Source: Chiloscyllium plagiosum (lineage: Eukaryota). Taken from it: a stretch of 64,000 nucleotides of DNA. Location: positions 839,805 through 903,804 of the forward strand of contig NC_057756.1 of assembly GCF_004010195.1 (NCBI RefSeq), read 5' to 3'. Positions 25,400-37,190 of the stretch are shown in pieces (within the stretch, counting starts at the first letter, position 1; each line of letters opens with the position of its first letter). The notes beneath the pieces are model-generated. The model had not been told where the DNA came from. It was given only the letters and a program-made list of their open reading frames with translations, and did not search any database. Both the position numbers and the translations under genes were made by a program.

Positions 25400-25670
25400 A
25401 TTACCTGCCTACCTTCCTACAATTCCTGGGGTTAACCCATCTACCTGACTGCATCTGACGCTTTCCCACCTCCTTATAGCTGCCATCAATCACACCCCTA
25501 CCTCTTGTAAATTCCTTACTGCCCCAACGGTCGTTCCAACCGATCCACGTGATCACAATCAAACGGATTTACTGCAGACATAATCATCAGCAACATGGAA
25601 ACTCTCCTTTAACTCCCACATCCGACAGGAAGAGCATATCACTCCATAAATGGCCGTCTTTGCTCCTTCA
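25400..25670 (-). mobile_element. CR1 ORF1 N-terminal fragment
   Basis: The minus strand near 25612-25645 reads GVICSSCRMWE (CR1 ORF1 Cys motif). Confidence 0.6.
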
Positions 25671-25680
25671 GAATCTACAT

Positions 25681-26235
25681 TGTTTAGGCCACTTTTGGAT
25701 ATGCGTGGAATTCTGACTTGCTTTTTTTTATCAGAAGGAGGTTGTGAAGCTTGATAGGGTTCAGAAACGATTTACAAGGATGTTGCCAGAGTTGGAAGAT
25801 TTTGGCTCGAGGTAGAGGCTGAATAGGTTGGGACTGTTTTCCCTAGAGTATCCGAGGTTGAGGGGTGATCTTATAGAGTTTTGTAAAATGATGAAAGACA
25901 TGGATAGAATAAACAGTGAAGATCTTTTACCTGGGATGGGGGAGAAACCAGAACTAGAAGGCATAGGTTCAGGATGACAGGAGAAAAATATAAAAGGGAC
26001 CTAATGGGTAACATTTTCACGTTGAGTGTGGTGTGTGTTTGGAACGAGCTTCGAGAAGAAGTAGTAGAGGCTAGTACAAAAACAAAATTTAAAAGGCATC
26101 TGGGTGGACATATGAATAGCAAGCGTTTGGATGGATATGAACCAAGTGCTGGCAAATGGGACTTGATTGGTTTGGGATATCTGGTCGGCATGGATGGGTT
26201 GGACTGAAGGGCTGTATATCTCTATGACCTTATGT
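25681..26235 (+). mobile_element. CR1 3' fragment (same subfamily as 2539-4007)
   Basis: RVQKRFTRMLP, LRGDLIE and VWNELREEVVEA motifs; tail ctctatgacct. Confidence 0.88.
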
Positions 26236-26867
26236 CTTTATGCTTTGGTTTTGATTTTGAGCATACACTGCTCTTTCAGTTATTTTGTGTCATCCATCAG
26301 TTTCCACGCATGACCTCATTCTATCGTTAGAAGAATAATTGGAATTTGTTTTGTTTCTCTGAATGCATTCACTTCATTTTCAATGCATTCTCGAAAGCAA
26401 TAATTTTCACTGTTGTCGAAGCATCACAACGCCGATGAGGATATCTTATGCTCACTTGTCACAGTGCACCTGAATATGTTTAACCAGTGCCTTATTAAAG
26501 TGAAATTACTGTGCTAAATGGCTGTGCTAAATGAACAACATTGAATGGGAACCGAATACGTTTCAAGACCAAAATACAAGCTGTAATGAACCGACTAAGA
26601 TCAAAGATCACATTGTATTCAAAGCTATGTGTAAGACTGAACAGTGAATGCATCACAAAATTTGAAGATATACAAACTGAAGAGAAAACGTTTCAGTCCG
26701 TATGTCATAATCTTTACAGGCTTCAGCATTTTTTGTGTTAATCCTTTGCAATTATGTCTTTTGGTGTTTTACTGCCTTTAGCATGACTTTTTGCAAGATC
26801 TACCAATATAACATCAAATATTTTAAATTACTTCCAACTTGATTGCCGAATTCTTACTCCTTAACAG

Positions 26868-26894
26868 AAGAGAAGCTGAAAAATAACGTGAAAG
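26868..26894 (+). CDS. Micro-exon (27 nt, phase 1-1): EEKLKNNVK
   Basis: ttcttactccttaacag|AAGAGAAGCTGAAAAATAACGTGAAAG|gtagtt; resembles exon 57323 (EERLKQKDK). Confidence 0.82.
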
Positions 26895-27549
26895 GTAGTT
26901 TATTTAGAAATTCATTGCTTCAAAAAGCTCAATAATCAGGATTTCCATTTTGCAACTCTTTTCTCAGCAAGAATTTTAGATGCTGTTAGCACGGGCTAAA
27001 TTCCACTTTGGTTTCAAACTCGTGGAACTAAAGAGAATATTATGATTTGGAGGAATGATTAAACTAGTTTCCACATGTATATTATTGCCACAAATATGTT
27101 CCATAATCAGCGGCACGCTTTGAGTATAGGCAAATGGTCATAGTAATTGGCTGACAATCCAGAGATGTTGAATAATAATCTGCAGGGAGTAATGCACATC
27201 TGACCAAACCAATGTCAGAAGCTTCGCCAATCGAAGGAAAATTCACAGTTGTTAAAAAATTGCCAGATTGTGTAAAAGAAAATAAACTGGCTCCAGACAT
27301 TTTCGCCACTGAATATGTGCAAATTCAAGCTGACATATTAACTCTGTTTTTGTACTTCTGAAAATGATGCTTCATGGGTGTCAAATTCTCATTCACTTAT
27401 AATTATGGCTTTCTCATACATGCCAGCGGTGACTAGGATATTCATATGCACTGAATGAAAAGAAACACAATCAAATTTTTACCTTATAAATTAATAGAAT
27501 ATTGACCTTGTCAGCCAAAGATTTTAATTTGATGGTGAAAAGTATAATT

Positions 27550-27830
27550 TGTGCAGAAATGCAGCAGGTCTGGCAGCATCTGTGGTGAGAACATAAGTTT
27601 CTCTCGGCTCGCGAAATGTTTAGCCTGTTTTGTTTTCACAGGTGCTATCAGATCTGCTGCATTGCTACACAAATTATAGTTTCACTATCAAATAAAGTCT
27701 CATCTGTGGTTAGAACATAAGTCTCTCTCTACGCGAATTGTATAGCCTTTTTTTTCAGATATCAGATCTGCTGCGTTTTTTCCTGAAAATTTTGTTCATG
27801 TCTCAGATTTTTACAATCCACAGGTTTTTT
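27550..27830. repeat. Penelope-terminal-type short repeats with a local ~125-bp tandem duplication
   Basis: catctgtggt(g/t)agaacataagt...tatcagatctgctgc occurs twice, at about 27577 and 27701. Confidence 0.55.
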
Positions 27831-28588
27831 TTTGTTTTAGTTGAATGGATCTAAAATCACATGACGACCAAACCCACGAAGGACAGAAATGGGATTTCAC
27901 AACAGTTAGTCATTTTAAAATATCATTTATTACTTAGTATTCCAGGTGACGAGTTGCACTTTCATTCCACAACTTGCCGTGTATGGCTTTGAGTCTAGGC
28001 CTCTACTGAATTGCCCTGACTCTCTTAGTTAAAACTAAAAAGAAGTTAACTCAATGCCAAAGTCTATTATTTGATTATTTGAAAGAACCATGCTCATTAA
28101 GACAAATTCTAATTCGGCAATGTTGTTATTAAATTTATTGTAATCGTTTAACCACTGATCATCAACAGCCTCGTTGTCATATTCAGTAACTAAGTATTTG
28201 TCACATTTCCTCAAGAGGAAAGTTTCAAGTTTAGAAATGCGTGGCCCTTAAATGTCTCTTAATTAGAAGATATACATTTAATAGTTATGCGAGAACTATC
28301 CACTTGCCTCTAAGTCTCCAAGTCTATAAATGCTCAGAACGTTTAAAAATATTCCCTAGCAGGAATTTCTAGCAAACTCCCGCTTACCAGTGATGTTAAG
28401 TTGAATCACTCCCACCAGATCCACACTGCAATTAGAGTATGGCAATATTGCAGGTGCATTGAAGTCACTCATCCAATCTCAATTCGACAGTTTCTCAACT
28501 CTTTTGTCTGGAAGAACGATGCATATACCACTTTCTGAATTTCAAATTAAGTCTTGTCCCATCTTTAGTGGTAGACATATCTTCTTCC

Positions 28589-28765
28589 CTGGCAGCATCT
28601 GTGAAGAGAAATCAGAGTTAACTTTTCAGGTCCTGTGATCTTTGCGCCAGACCAGAAACGGTAACTGAGATTCCTCTTCACAGATGCTGCTAGACCTGCT
28701 GAGTTATTCCAGCAACTTCTGTTTTTGTTTCTGATTTGCAACATCTGCAGTTCTTTCGGTTTTTA
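28589..28765. repeat. Hairpin-forming short element (inverted Penelope-terminal-type repeats)
   Basis: ctggcagcatctgtgaagagaaatcagagttaac pairs with gtaactgagattcctcttcacagatgctgctag. Confidence 0.7.
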
Positions 28766-29282
28766 TCTATTCACTGTTGTTGCGTCAAAATCATGGAATT
28801 GTCCTCTTTACAATCTATGAATAAAGTCAAATTATCTGAACTCTTTTTTTGTTTGTCGGCCTAAAACTATCACCCGATATCAGGCAGTTTGCTGGCAATG
28901 AAATCAAAACAGCAGCTTTTTCTTTTCCTTCTCAGTTTGTTAATTCAAAAAACAAATCATGAAGGGCATTGCATTTGAGGGAAACGAAGTATGGCAAATC
29001 ACACCTATGACAAAAATATTGATAAAGCTAATATTGTTTTGGAACAAAATATACGACTACCGAAAGCCAATGTATTGTAATTTAAATGCAAAAAACCCAG
29101 TTATTTACTGCATTACAATCTCAAGCATCAAATCATGGGAAAAAGGTAGGCATTCTGTTTTTACAAGAAATATTAATTCAAGTCTGTAACACATGTTTAA
29201 GACTAACAATTAAACTCGATCATTCAATCATGTTTGATTCTTGAATTTGTGAAGCTTATATTTTGCCTTGATTTTCATCCAG

Positions 29283-29309
29283 AATTTCAGGAGTACAAGG
29301 AAACTTGCA
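29283..29309 (+). CDS. Micro-exon (27 nt, phase 1-1): EFQEYKETC
   Basis: ttttgccttgattttcatccag|AATTTCAGGAGTACAAGGAAACTTGCA|gtaagt. Confidence 0.8.
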
Positions 29310-30504
29310 GTAAGTAGGAGAAAACTTTGCAGCTGTTTGGGTGTAACTTTCTGAATGCTTATTTGTGAAAGTATTGGTTTTGCACTTTGTTGTCTTAATA
29401 ATGGATCAAATCAATGCTGGACAGAAGTTTTAGAATAAGTAAAAATGATAAAAGCTTAGATTTCCAATAGCCGATTTTTGTTTCTGAGTTTCAGTTCGTT
29501 GTCTTAATAATGTATTTGATAAGTTTTTTTTCATTTGTATATTCCTGTTCTTTATGTGCCTTTGTTGGACCGAAATTGTTGAGCTGAGCACATAAGCAAT
29601 CTTAGCTTGAATAAAATAGAAAATACCGGAAGTATTCACCATTCAATTCAGTGGTCAAAAATAGGGTGACAGTATTAATGTTGAAGGTCAATGATCGTTC
29701 ATGATATGTCGAAAGGCAGTGACATGTGAAATGAACCCTTTCTTTCACACTTGATGTACTAATTATTTTCATCACTTTCAATTTTCTTCACATATTTGCA
29801 GCCCATATATATGACTTTGTGAAGGATATTACATTAGTATACCAGATGAAGCCGCACTCTCTAATTCAGAATCTTTGGATTAAAATGTTAGTTCTGGATT
29901 CCTCTGCATTTGCTATGTGTGCAGGACTCAGCTTACCATGTCAAACATCAATCTGTAAATTCTGTCAACATGGCAGTCTGCAAACATGACAGATATTCCA
30001 GTTTTACTTTGAAATGGAACGAGTTTTGTCCCTTCTATCAACAGGATCAAAAGAATCCAGCCATCACAATGCATGTATATGACTTTTCTCACATCAATCC
30101 ACCGTTCTTGTAAAAACAATTAGATCAGCTGTTCGTGGATCAGATTGCTACCAATGTCACAACTTGAAATCCTTGTTCTCTTTGGGAATCATTCAAAATT
30201 TCCCTTCACATACAATTCCCGGAAGGGTTATGAAATTCACAGTTAAACCAGCCTCAAGGCAGAGATCTCAAGATGACAAGGGAAGAAAGAAGATTATATG
30301 TTCTCTCCAGATATGGAAGATTTTACTTTAAAGGCATTTCTTCATTTTTCTTCTTCTTTAGATTAGCTGTGGTTGAAAGGGGAAGTAATTCATTAGATAA
30401 TTCGTGCAGTAAAAAAAAGATGGCAAGTTCATAAACAAATCATTAACTCGGTTTTTCTCTTCTGACATGTTTTTCTGAACATTACTTTGAGAAATTAATT
30501 AGAG

Positions 30505-32545
30505 AACAGGCCATTGTAAACTCAGTATCATGTGATGAGAAATAAATATTTGGTGATGTAGTTGGGAGAGGTCCCTCAAAGTGGAAAAACGATAATATAC
30601 GAGAATTCTTCATCAAGCTGGGGAATTAGGTAGTAGATTCTGAAGCTAGATTCTTGAACCTAAATAGAGGAAGTTGTAGTGATATGTAGTGCGAGTTGCC
30701 CATGATGAAATACACAACTTTATTAAAAGGGAAAGACAGCAAAACGGCAATGGTCAAAATACCGTCAGCACATCAATGAATTGCAACAAATGTCCATTTA
30801 TATCTCGCACAAAAACAAAATGGGAAGAGTGATTCAATCATGAGCTGAAAGGGAAATTGGAGACAGAATTTATGCAGGAAAGAGGCAGACAAATTGCCAA
30901 ATGGAAAAGAAAACAACTGCGAGTGGGAATATTTTCAAATTCAGCAAGGGAGGATGATTGGATGAAAGCAGGGAAAATAAAGTGCGCGAGTATTCTTTAG
31001 CCAACATGAAATCTATCTGTAAAAGTTCCAGACACGTGTGAAGGGAAAACAAATGATTCTCTTATATGTCTCATAGTCATAAATTATATGTCTCTTCTAT
31101 ACGTCGAGAAAATTTATGTGACTAACGGCTGAAGTAATACCCATGGCATAATGATCTATATCCCAGAGTAAATCAAGAAGTGCCTACAGAAATACTGGAA
31201 ATACTTGTGGTTAACCTTGAAAGACTCTGTAGACCGTGGACAGATCAGAGGGTAGCAAACGTAAGCCCTCTATTTAAAGGATCATTTAGAGAAAAAAATC
31301 AGGAATTATAGACCAGTCAACCATCAGTAGTAGTGAAAATGCTTAAAACCAAAAATAATTAATTAATTATTCACACAGTCATCATGGGTTCACAAAAGGA
31401 CAATCGTGCTTGACAAATTGACAGGAATTGTTTGAGGGCGTAACCAGAGGAGGACATCAGGTGTTTAATTCCAACTTAAGTGATCAGCGTCGAAAAATAT
31501 AGCACATGGGATTTTGGATAGTGCATTGCAATGAATGTGCATTACAATGTTTCCTTTCTGGCTTGCAGAAAGGAAACAAAGCGTAACAATCAATAGCTTT
31601 TTTTTCCCTGAATGGCAGACAATGAGTTTTCAGATGCCACAATATGAGTGCTAAAATCACAACTATTCATAATATATTGTAATAATTCTGTTAAAATTAC
31701 TAAACCTTATATTTCAAAATCTGCAGATGAAATAAAGCTCAAACTTGACGTCAGCTGTGAGGAAACTTTGGAGTGCGAGAGGATGATTTGCATAAACTGC
31801 GTGCACAGAGAAATGTGCTGGAAGTTCATTATGACGGGAATTGATGTGAGGTTACCCATTGTGGCAGCAAAACAGGGAAGCAGATTAATATGTGAACGAC
31901 TATAACGTGAACAAATGCAATATGTATTGAGATCTGGGTGCATTCATGCATCAGTTGATCGAGGTAAGCATGTATATGCAGCAGACATGAATTGGGCAAT
32001 TGGCATTTTGACCATAATATCGAGGGAATTTGCGTGCATAATCAGGAATGTCTTGCTGCAACCACCTTAGGCCTCCATTCGATCACATCTGGAATATTGT
32101 GACTTGTCATCCAAGAAAGAATGTCCTTGCTCTCCTGGCAGAGAAGTGACGTTTCCCCAGATTGATTCAGGGGATGACAGTACTGAAACATGAGAAGAGT
32201 TTGAATATGTTGGGATTATATTCCTTGTAGTACTGAAGAATGAAGAGACACCTTATAAAACCCTAGAAATCTGTAACAGATTAGAAAGGGTAGATGCAGG
32301 TCAGACACTACGATGGCGGTGAAGTCAAGAACCAAGGTGGAGAGACGAAGCACATGGTGAACTATATTTTTCTAAACTGAAGTGGAATTTATTCACCCAG
32401 AGGGTTGCTTAGCCTGTGGAATTCGATGTCAGAGAAAGTAGTCGATGCTATTATTGTGCGTTTTCAAGAAGGTGGTGAGCATAACACTTGGGGCTGAAGG
32501 AATCTTAGGAGTTGGTGCAAAAGCAGGACTGTGTTATTTAGTTGT
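30505..32545 (+). mobile_element. Old, heavily decayed CR1 ORF2 and 3' end
   Basis: Remnants gcaaacgtaagccctctatttaa, ggaattatagaccagtc, catgggttcacaaaaggacaatcgtgcttgacaa, aaatctgcagatga and ctgtggaattc. Confidence 0.75.
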
Positions 32546-32607
32546 GGAGTCACTCCTACTTATATTTTCTATATTTCCATGCTACTGTCTTTTCCTTTCT
32601 CCTGCAG

Positions 32608-32634
32608 AAACTGATCTGGAACAAAAAGATTCAG
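32608..32634 (+). CDS. Micro-exon (27 nt, phase 1-1): (K/E)TDLEQKDS
   Basis: ctgtcttttcctttctcctgcag|AAACTGATCTGGAACAAAAAGATTCAG|gttttt: strong acceptor; the 3' end AAAAAGAYTCAG is shared with exon 46732. Confidence 0.82.
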
Positions 32635-33155
32635 GTTTTTTCTCCTTTTAAAACATTACTTTAATAATATATTTTATTCATTATGCAAGAGGTAGCAGTC
32701 TCGATGACCTATTCTATCAAATAGAAAAAATAATCGATTATTTCTGTAAGCACAGTAGAAATGACAATGACATTCCGTGTTAATACATCCAGAGACTTTC
32801 ATACGCTCCTGATATTAGATTTCCCTTTTTTCCAGTGTGAATCCAGCAACGTGAACATGAAACATAGGATGATAATCTCATCTCCAGTCATGAATAGATT
32901 CCAAATAACTACGTGAACGTTAGCTATTTTCAATTAGCAATATTCTTATGTGAATGTGTAAAATGTCGAGGAAACAATTTTGAAGAAAACATCGATAGAG
33001 CATCTTTGTGTACTGTGCTCACACATGCCCACAAGCCAGTCACTGTTTTAGCATATCTTAAAGTTTAGTAATTGTTGCTACATTGGCTAATTGACATTAT
33101 ATAAAGCTACCCTTAAATTATAATGCCAACCTAGTTATGCTGATTAATGAATTTG

Positions 33156-33655
33156 NNNNNNNNNNNNNNNNNNNNNNNNNNNNNNNNNNNNNNNNNNNNN
33201 NNNNNNNNNNNNNNNNNNNNNNNNNNNNNNNNNNNNNNNNNNNNNNNNNNNNNNNNNNNNNNNNNNNNNNNNNNNNNNNNNNNNNNNNNNNNNNNNNNNN
33301 NNNNNNNNNNNNNNNNNNNNNNNNNNNNNNNNNNNNNNNNNNNNNNNNNNNNNNNNNNNNNNNNNNNNNNNNNNNNNNNNNNNNNNNNNNNNNNNNNNNN
33401 NNNNNNNNNNNNNNNNNNNNNNNNNNNNNNNNNNNNNNNNNNNNNNNNNNNNNNNNNNNNNNNNNNNNNNNNNNNNNNNNNNNNNNNNNNNNNNNNNNNN
33501 NNNNNNNNNNNNNNNNNNNNNNNNNNNNNNNNNNNNNNNNNNNNNNNNNNNNNNNNNNNNNNNNNNNNNNNNNNNNNNNNNNNNNNNNNNNNNNNNNNNN
33601 NNNNNNNNNNNNNNNNNNNNNNNNNNNNNNNNNNNNNNNNNNNNNNNNNNNNNNN
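33156..33655. other. Assembly gap (500 N; probably a fixed-size scaffolding spacer)
   Basis: Run of exactly 500 n. Confidence 0.99.
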
Positions 33656-33788
33656 GTAGGTCAGATAACATCCAAGCAGCAGGAAAATCGAAGTTTCAGG
33701 CAAAATTCCTTTCTATGGAATTCCTGATGATTTTCCTGCTCCTCGGATGCTGCCTGACCTGCTGTGCTTTTCCAGCACCACACTCTCA
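33656..33788. repeat. Inverted Penelope-terminal-type repeat at the gap edge
   Basis: ggtcagataacatccaagcagcaggaaaatc pairs with gattttcctgctcctcggatgctgcctgacc. Confidence 0.65.
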
Positions 33789-34017
33789 TATTCATGTTTC
33801 TGTTAAACTGTTTTGAATATTTTCATCTTCAACTTTTATGAAGCTGTGGAGATCTAGAACAGCCTGTTGCAGAGTGTCCAATTTAAATGTCAGTACGAAC
33901 AGATAGTTGCTGTTATTCATAGTTTTAAGCATGAAGAAAACTATTGACATTTAGGTATTGAGAATAGAACCTGAATTCGCCGGTTAAAAGCACTTATTAT
34001 TCCTTTACTCTTTTCAG

Positions 34018-34053
34018 AAATAGAAAATTTAAATAACAAGATTCAAGAATTAG
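34018..34053 (+). CDS. Micro-exon (36 nt, phase 1-1): EIENLNNKIQEL
   Basis: ttattcctttactcttttcag|AAATAGAAAATTTAAATAACAAGATTCAAGAATTAG|gtgggc; 25/36 nt identical to exon 48289. Confidence 0.88.
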
Positions 34054-34758
34054 GTGGGCAAAATAATTTGTTTTCTGGAAGCATTTTAATGCGATTGAAT
34101 ATATATGAAACTCTTTAATGCGTAGTTTGAGACCTCACAAGAATAATTATTATTGTTCCTGAAAAAAAACGAGTTGTTAACTTCGACGTGCATCTCAAGG
34201 TTTGAAAAAAACCCAGACTTAATTTACCAATTGGCCAGTATTTTAATTTTCTTTAACACGTAAATTTGATAGAGTTTGGGAAAGATACCTGGATGAAGAC
34301 ACTTCTAATGGACTGAGATTTGATGTACTTAACCTTGATTATGAATGCTATCAAAAATCGATTAGATCTGGAATTCTCAATGTCGTGTATGTTAAAAGAA
34401 ATGGGATGTTAGTATAGAGCAAGAATGGTGCATAGATCATAGCACTGTTGAGACAGCTTATCGGATTTTTATTATTAATGAGGTATATTTATGTACGAGG
34501 TGAAACATGTCTTAATTCAGAACACTCAAGATTGAACTCAATTATTGGTGAGAACGTTTAAGATAAAGCAGATCGCGTAGCTAGTCGTCTGTACAGGTGA
34601 AAATCGTCTATTTGTGACTTACAATATGATGATGATCAGGGCAGACTTGCCTGTGAACGCAATTGATGTGTTCCCTTTTTGTGAGGTTAATCTTTTCTTA
34701 AGGTTATAATTGAAGTTTTCTTTTTATCTGAGCTCCTATTACAGGTGAGATTCGGCAT

Positions 34759-35911
34759 TGTGAGATCGATTGTGTTTCTGATCATGAATGTGCACTACTA
34801 TATGAAACTGAAAGATTTTACCCAGAGAAAATACGCAACACTTTAATTCAGATATACTATTTATAACAGACAAAATGCAGGGAGTACACTCAGATTCTAA
34901 TTCACAAAATCTTCTTTATTTAACACTTTAGGTACCAAGGCTCAAGATAAAACTTGGATTCATTTACTCATTCTAACTTTAACTCTCACTTCATTTAACT
35001 TCACTTTGCCTTACTTTTAAATTAGTACACATCCTACCCTAACTATAACGTTAACTCCGTAAGTTTGGCTTGAAGCAAATGACACTCCGTTTTGCTGCCA
35101 AATGTTTCTCTTGATGTAGACCTTGCCTCGTTTTTCTTTGTCTCGCTGAAGCCAAGGCACGTATTTCTCAAATGGTTGGTATCGACTTTCACTCCTTCAA
35201 AATCGTTTTGGCCTGGTAACTTTTCCAACAGAGTTCGTTCATTTTCGAAGAACGTCTCTGGCTTTCAAACAATGAATTGAGAAAACCTGATGAGAATATT
35301 TGATTACATTACATTTGGGTTTACTGGTAAACAACTCCCAAATGTTTATTTCAAGTGTAAAATGTCACATGCCATACTCTGTATAATGTAACACTTGTGT
35401 CAATATGTCATTCTGAGCACCGTGGCATCTCCCTTTTTTGGTCGACATAGGAAACTTCAGGCCATAGCTAACAGGACAATTCACAACACGTCCTGGCTGT
35501 TATTTCAATTTAGGCCAGAGCTTAAACCAGCTTGATGAAAGTTCCCTGCGTGCTTGATTGAAGCTCTTAAGCAGTGTCCTCGCCATTTCACTTGGTGGCC
35601 ACCTGACCACTGTCTTTTGTCTTAATCGTGGACCTCCAACCGAAATAGATCACAAACCATGACCAGATATCAGTTTGATTGTTAACGGTGTGTCATTTCC
35701 CTTTTTCGATGAAAAATTTAATTACAGGAAAGAAATTCAAAATATGGAAATACATCATGTTATTGACATTGCAAGACATAACATAAGATAACCCAATGGT
35801 GAATCTGCATATTAGTGCCCCAATGCCATCAATCATTCCACCAGTTTGATAGTTTGATAGCTTTACTATTCCTTTTAAACTGTTCAGTCCTTTGGACTAC
35901 GTTAGTGACCT
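34759..35911 (-). mobile_element. Possible ERV-like 3' remnant: env-like Trp-rich segment, PPT and LTR
   Basis: Minus strand: ...KAIKLSNWWND*WHWGTNMQIHHWVILCYVL (about 35762-35911), PPT aaaaaagggaga (35428-35439) directly followed by TG, and AATAAA at 34915-34920. The distal LTR end is uncertain. Confidence 0.4.
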
Positions 35912-36838
35912 TAAGAGACGTTAGCTAATCCTGTCTTTAATTGCATCAGAATTTCGGAGAAAAGTTCGATTGTAGTTTGTTTATTTCTCAAACTTGTCAT
36001 ACAACATCACTTTTAATGTATACGTAACGTTAAGAGATGCTTACTGTTTCAAATGTATAAAAATTAACCTGTTCTCACTCGTATTTGTGGTTTAAAGCAA
36101 AAACAAATTATGTTGTTATTATTACATATTAATATTCCCAGTAAAACTATTACAATACGGTAGTAACGTAGTATTCTTCCTCACTTTTTCAACATATTTG
36201 TGTAATATCTCTTTCAAGATTCTTAGATTTTAATGCATAATTTAGATTCAAATCACCTTTCTCAACTGCGTATCTGCCATGCTAAGCAATATCCTGTTTA
36301 CACGTTTAAAACCACTTTTTGACATCTTAAAGTTTAAATTTTTTACATAAAATTCAAAATTGTCCCAAAACTAAGCTGGAGGACAAAATAAATTTGAAGT
36401 GAAGAATCATCACACAAATTGATATGCACACCCGATAATTATTCATGCATTAAATCTCCATCTTCAAAATATCCCGCACTTCATAGAGTGAACTACAGAT
36501 TTTTCATGAGACCTACCATGTAGTTGTCTCGAAACATCATTTGTAACGATTCAATGCTAAGTTTTATTTTCAGAAATGATTAATAAACAATCTTTAGTGG
36601 TATATGGCGATATTAATAGCAATTTTCTGATACTTATGAAGAATGGGAATGGTGATGAGTGGCATTGGGATAAACGTATCCCGAATGGCACTAGAAAATT
36701 TACTGGATGAATAGACGTTAAACTAAACTCTTTGAAGACTAAACTTCGTAGAAGAATATATGTTTGTGTATACAAACACAATATCAAACTATTCAATCGT
36801 GGAGATCTACATACCGAAAGTATGTCTAAACTCATAAG

Positions 36839-37190
36839 TGCCATGGATCAAGTCAGACCCCTCTGAAAACATTTCAAGAAGGTAACCCGGACCCTAACTT
36901 ATCCAGTTGTTTTAAGGCGGTGTCGTATGGAAATGCCAGGAGTGATGCAGCCAGCCCAATCACTCAGTTTTAAATAAAACAGAATTTATTTGCACAGAAA
37001 CAAAAGAAAACCCAATGTAGAATAAGATAAGTATTTGAAAACCCAACACACATGAGAAAACAATTCAACAAAAGTCCTTGCAACATCCTATAACACACCC
37101 CTTGGCAAAAAGCTCAAACACAGGTTCTTACAGGGGAGATGTCAGTGAGAGATAGAAACCGCATGGAGCTGTTTCTTTGACCAGGAGCCT
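36839..37190 (-). mobile_element. Partial solo LTR of the same family as the 58874-59536 LTR, in opposite orientation
   Basis: catttcaagaa, ccaggagtgatgcag, cactcagttttaaa(t/c)aaaa(c/t)agaatttat and aacacacccc(t/g)tggcaaaaag match the reverse complement of 59240-59536. Confidence 0.8.

Noticed and set aside
33131-33727. Four long ORFs of 170-196 aa
   Set aside because: Artefacts of the N gap.
34521-34547. 27-nt AG..GT segment (EHSRLNSII; cttaattcag|...|gtgaga)
   Set aside because: Size and phase fit, but the pyrimidine tract is poor, the composition is unlike the other exons, and inclusion would break the otherwise exact 35-aa register between 34018 and 48289. It could still be a minor alternative exon.
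36574-36599. Good acceptor followed by EMINKQSLV and gtatat
   Set aside because: 26 nt, so it shifts the frame; weak donor.
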